A stretch of DNA of 29,064 nucleotides, taken from the NCBI GenBank assembly GCA_963803145.1, contig CAWDLW010000032.1:1-29064 (forward strand), given 5' to 3'. The position numbers were made by a program, and so were the translations under genes. The notes under the pieces were generated by a model that saw only the letters and a list, made by a program, of their open reading frames with translations, was not told where the DNA came from and did not search any database. This stretch comes from Methanotrichaceae archaeon. Its GTDB lineage: Archaea; Halobacteriota; Methanosarcinia; Methanotrichales; Methanotrichaceae. Below, one piece after another: positions 28,053 to 29,064 of this stretch. Each line of letters begins with the position of its first letter. Position 1 is the first letter of the stretch.

Positions 28053-29059
28053 TGGGAATTATGAAAGGGCATAAATCGGGCATAAACAAAAGGATCTTCC
28101 TAGTATCTTTGCTTGTAGCTCTAACTCTGAATATCCCTCTGAGCCTAACCTTGGCAAGCGCGGAAACGGGAAAGTCCTGCTGGTATTGCCCAGACTACTC
28201 TAGCCCTGAGGCTACTGATGCATGGATAAGAGAACAACTCTCCAATGACGTTGGAGGGCTAAGTAGTAATCTGAGTAATAAGGCGGCAACCCAAGCTGAA
28301 ACACCCAAAGAGACTTACCCGAGACCAGAATTATTGATCTCTCCTGGATCTAATCTTGATAAATTTGTCATCCTAGATTCGAGAACATCGGGCCAATACG
28401 CGAGCGGTCATATCCCTGGAGCCAGAAACCTTTATTGGAAAAGCTTGGAGCCCAATGGCACGTTAGACCCTGTATCGGCAGAGAAGGCCTTATGCAAGTT
28501 GGGGATCAATAATTCGGACTCTATACTCATCTACGGAAGTTCCGAAGATGATTCGTCTGTATACTCCGTCTTCTGGGCGTTAAGTTATCTGGGGCATAAG
28601 AACTTAAGCACTCTTCGTGGTGGCGTTAATTCTGTGATCGGAGCTGGAATAAAGCTGGATAAATCAAGGACTGCTATTAGGGGATCCAACTATACAATTC
28701 ATGTAGTTCCCTGGCTGCGAATCAATAAGAGCACTCTACCTAATTGGCTCGAATATCCAAGCCTCCATATACTAGATGCTAGAACTTGGGTCGATTACGG
28801 AAAATCGAAGCTCACTGACGCCTCACTTCCGCTGGATGTGACACTACTTTATGATAGTGATAACAATATAAAGAACGCTGCAACCATAAAGGATATTCTT
28901 GATAGACACGGCCTGGCCAAGAACCAGATTCAAATGGCCTACGGCACGCCCCAGGCTTACTCATTATTCTTTATACTCAGGCTGATGGACTATAACGCCA
29001 CTCTACTTGAAGGAGATTGGTGGCAGAATACTAAGTGGGCTAGTAGCAGTGTAAATTAA
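28049..29059 (+). CDS. Exported two-domain rhodanese-like protein (paralog)
   Basis: ILDSR..YASGHIPGA, FWALSYLGHK, ATLLEGDWW shared with the upstream gene; signal peptide. Confidence 0.85.
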   Translation: MMGIMKGHKSGINKRIFLVSLLVALTLNIPLSLTLASAETGKSCWYCPDYSSPEATDAWIREQLSNDVGGLSSNLSNKAATQAETPKETYPRPELLISPGSNLDKFVILDSRTSGQYASGHIPGARNLYWKSLEPNGTLDPVSAEKALCKLGINNSDSILIYGSSEDDSSVYSVFWALSYLGHKNLSTLRGGVNSVIGAGIKLDKSRTAIRGSNYTIHVVPWLRINKSTLPNWLEYPSLHILDARTWVDYGKSKLTDASLPLDVTLLYDSDNNIKNAATIKDILDRHGLAKNQIQMAYGTPQAYSLFFILRLMDYNATLLEGDWWQNTKWASSSVN

Positions 29060-29064
29060 TAAAT

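Overview
Archaeal genomic window, most likely from a Methanothrix/Methanotrichaceae-like methanogen. The archaeal call rests on a BHB tRNA intron, TATA/BRE promoters and aroA'; the genus is inferred. Left to right: solo TnpB (IS200/IS605-type) element with both ends visible; Hfq/Sm-like gene; small exported protein; tRNA-His; MoxR AAA / GXGXG / VWA operon; three tandem self-promoted ~58-nt hairpin RNA candidates with CU-rich, anti-Shine-Dalgarno-like loops; pfkB-fba-gpmA-(PEPCK/HPrK-like) operon; an ~11-kb cell-envelope cluster bracketed by two paralogous winged-helix regulators; intron-containing tRNA-Ser; MTA/SAH-type deaminase; S-layer-like protein; aroA'; and two exported rhodanese paralogs lacking the catalytic Cys. 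The best candidate for an undescribed system is the small-RNA array at 5840-6196, possibly acting with the nearby Hfq-like protein. All family assignments are by eye; no database searches were run.
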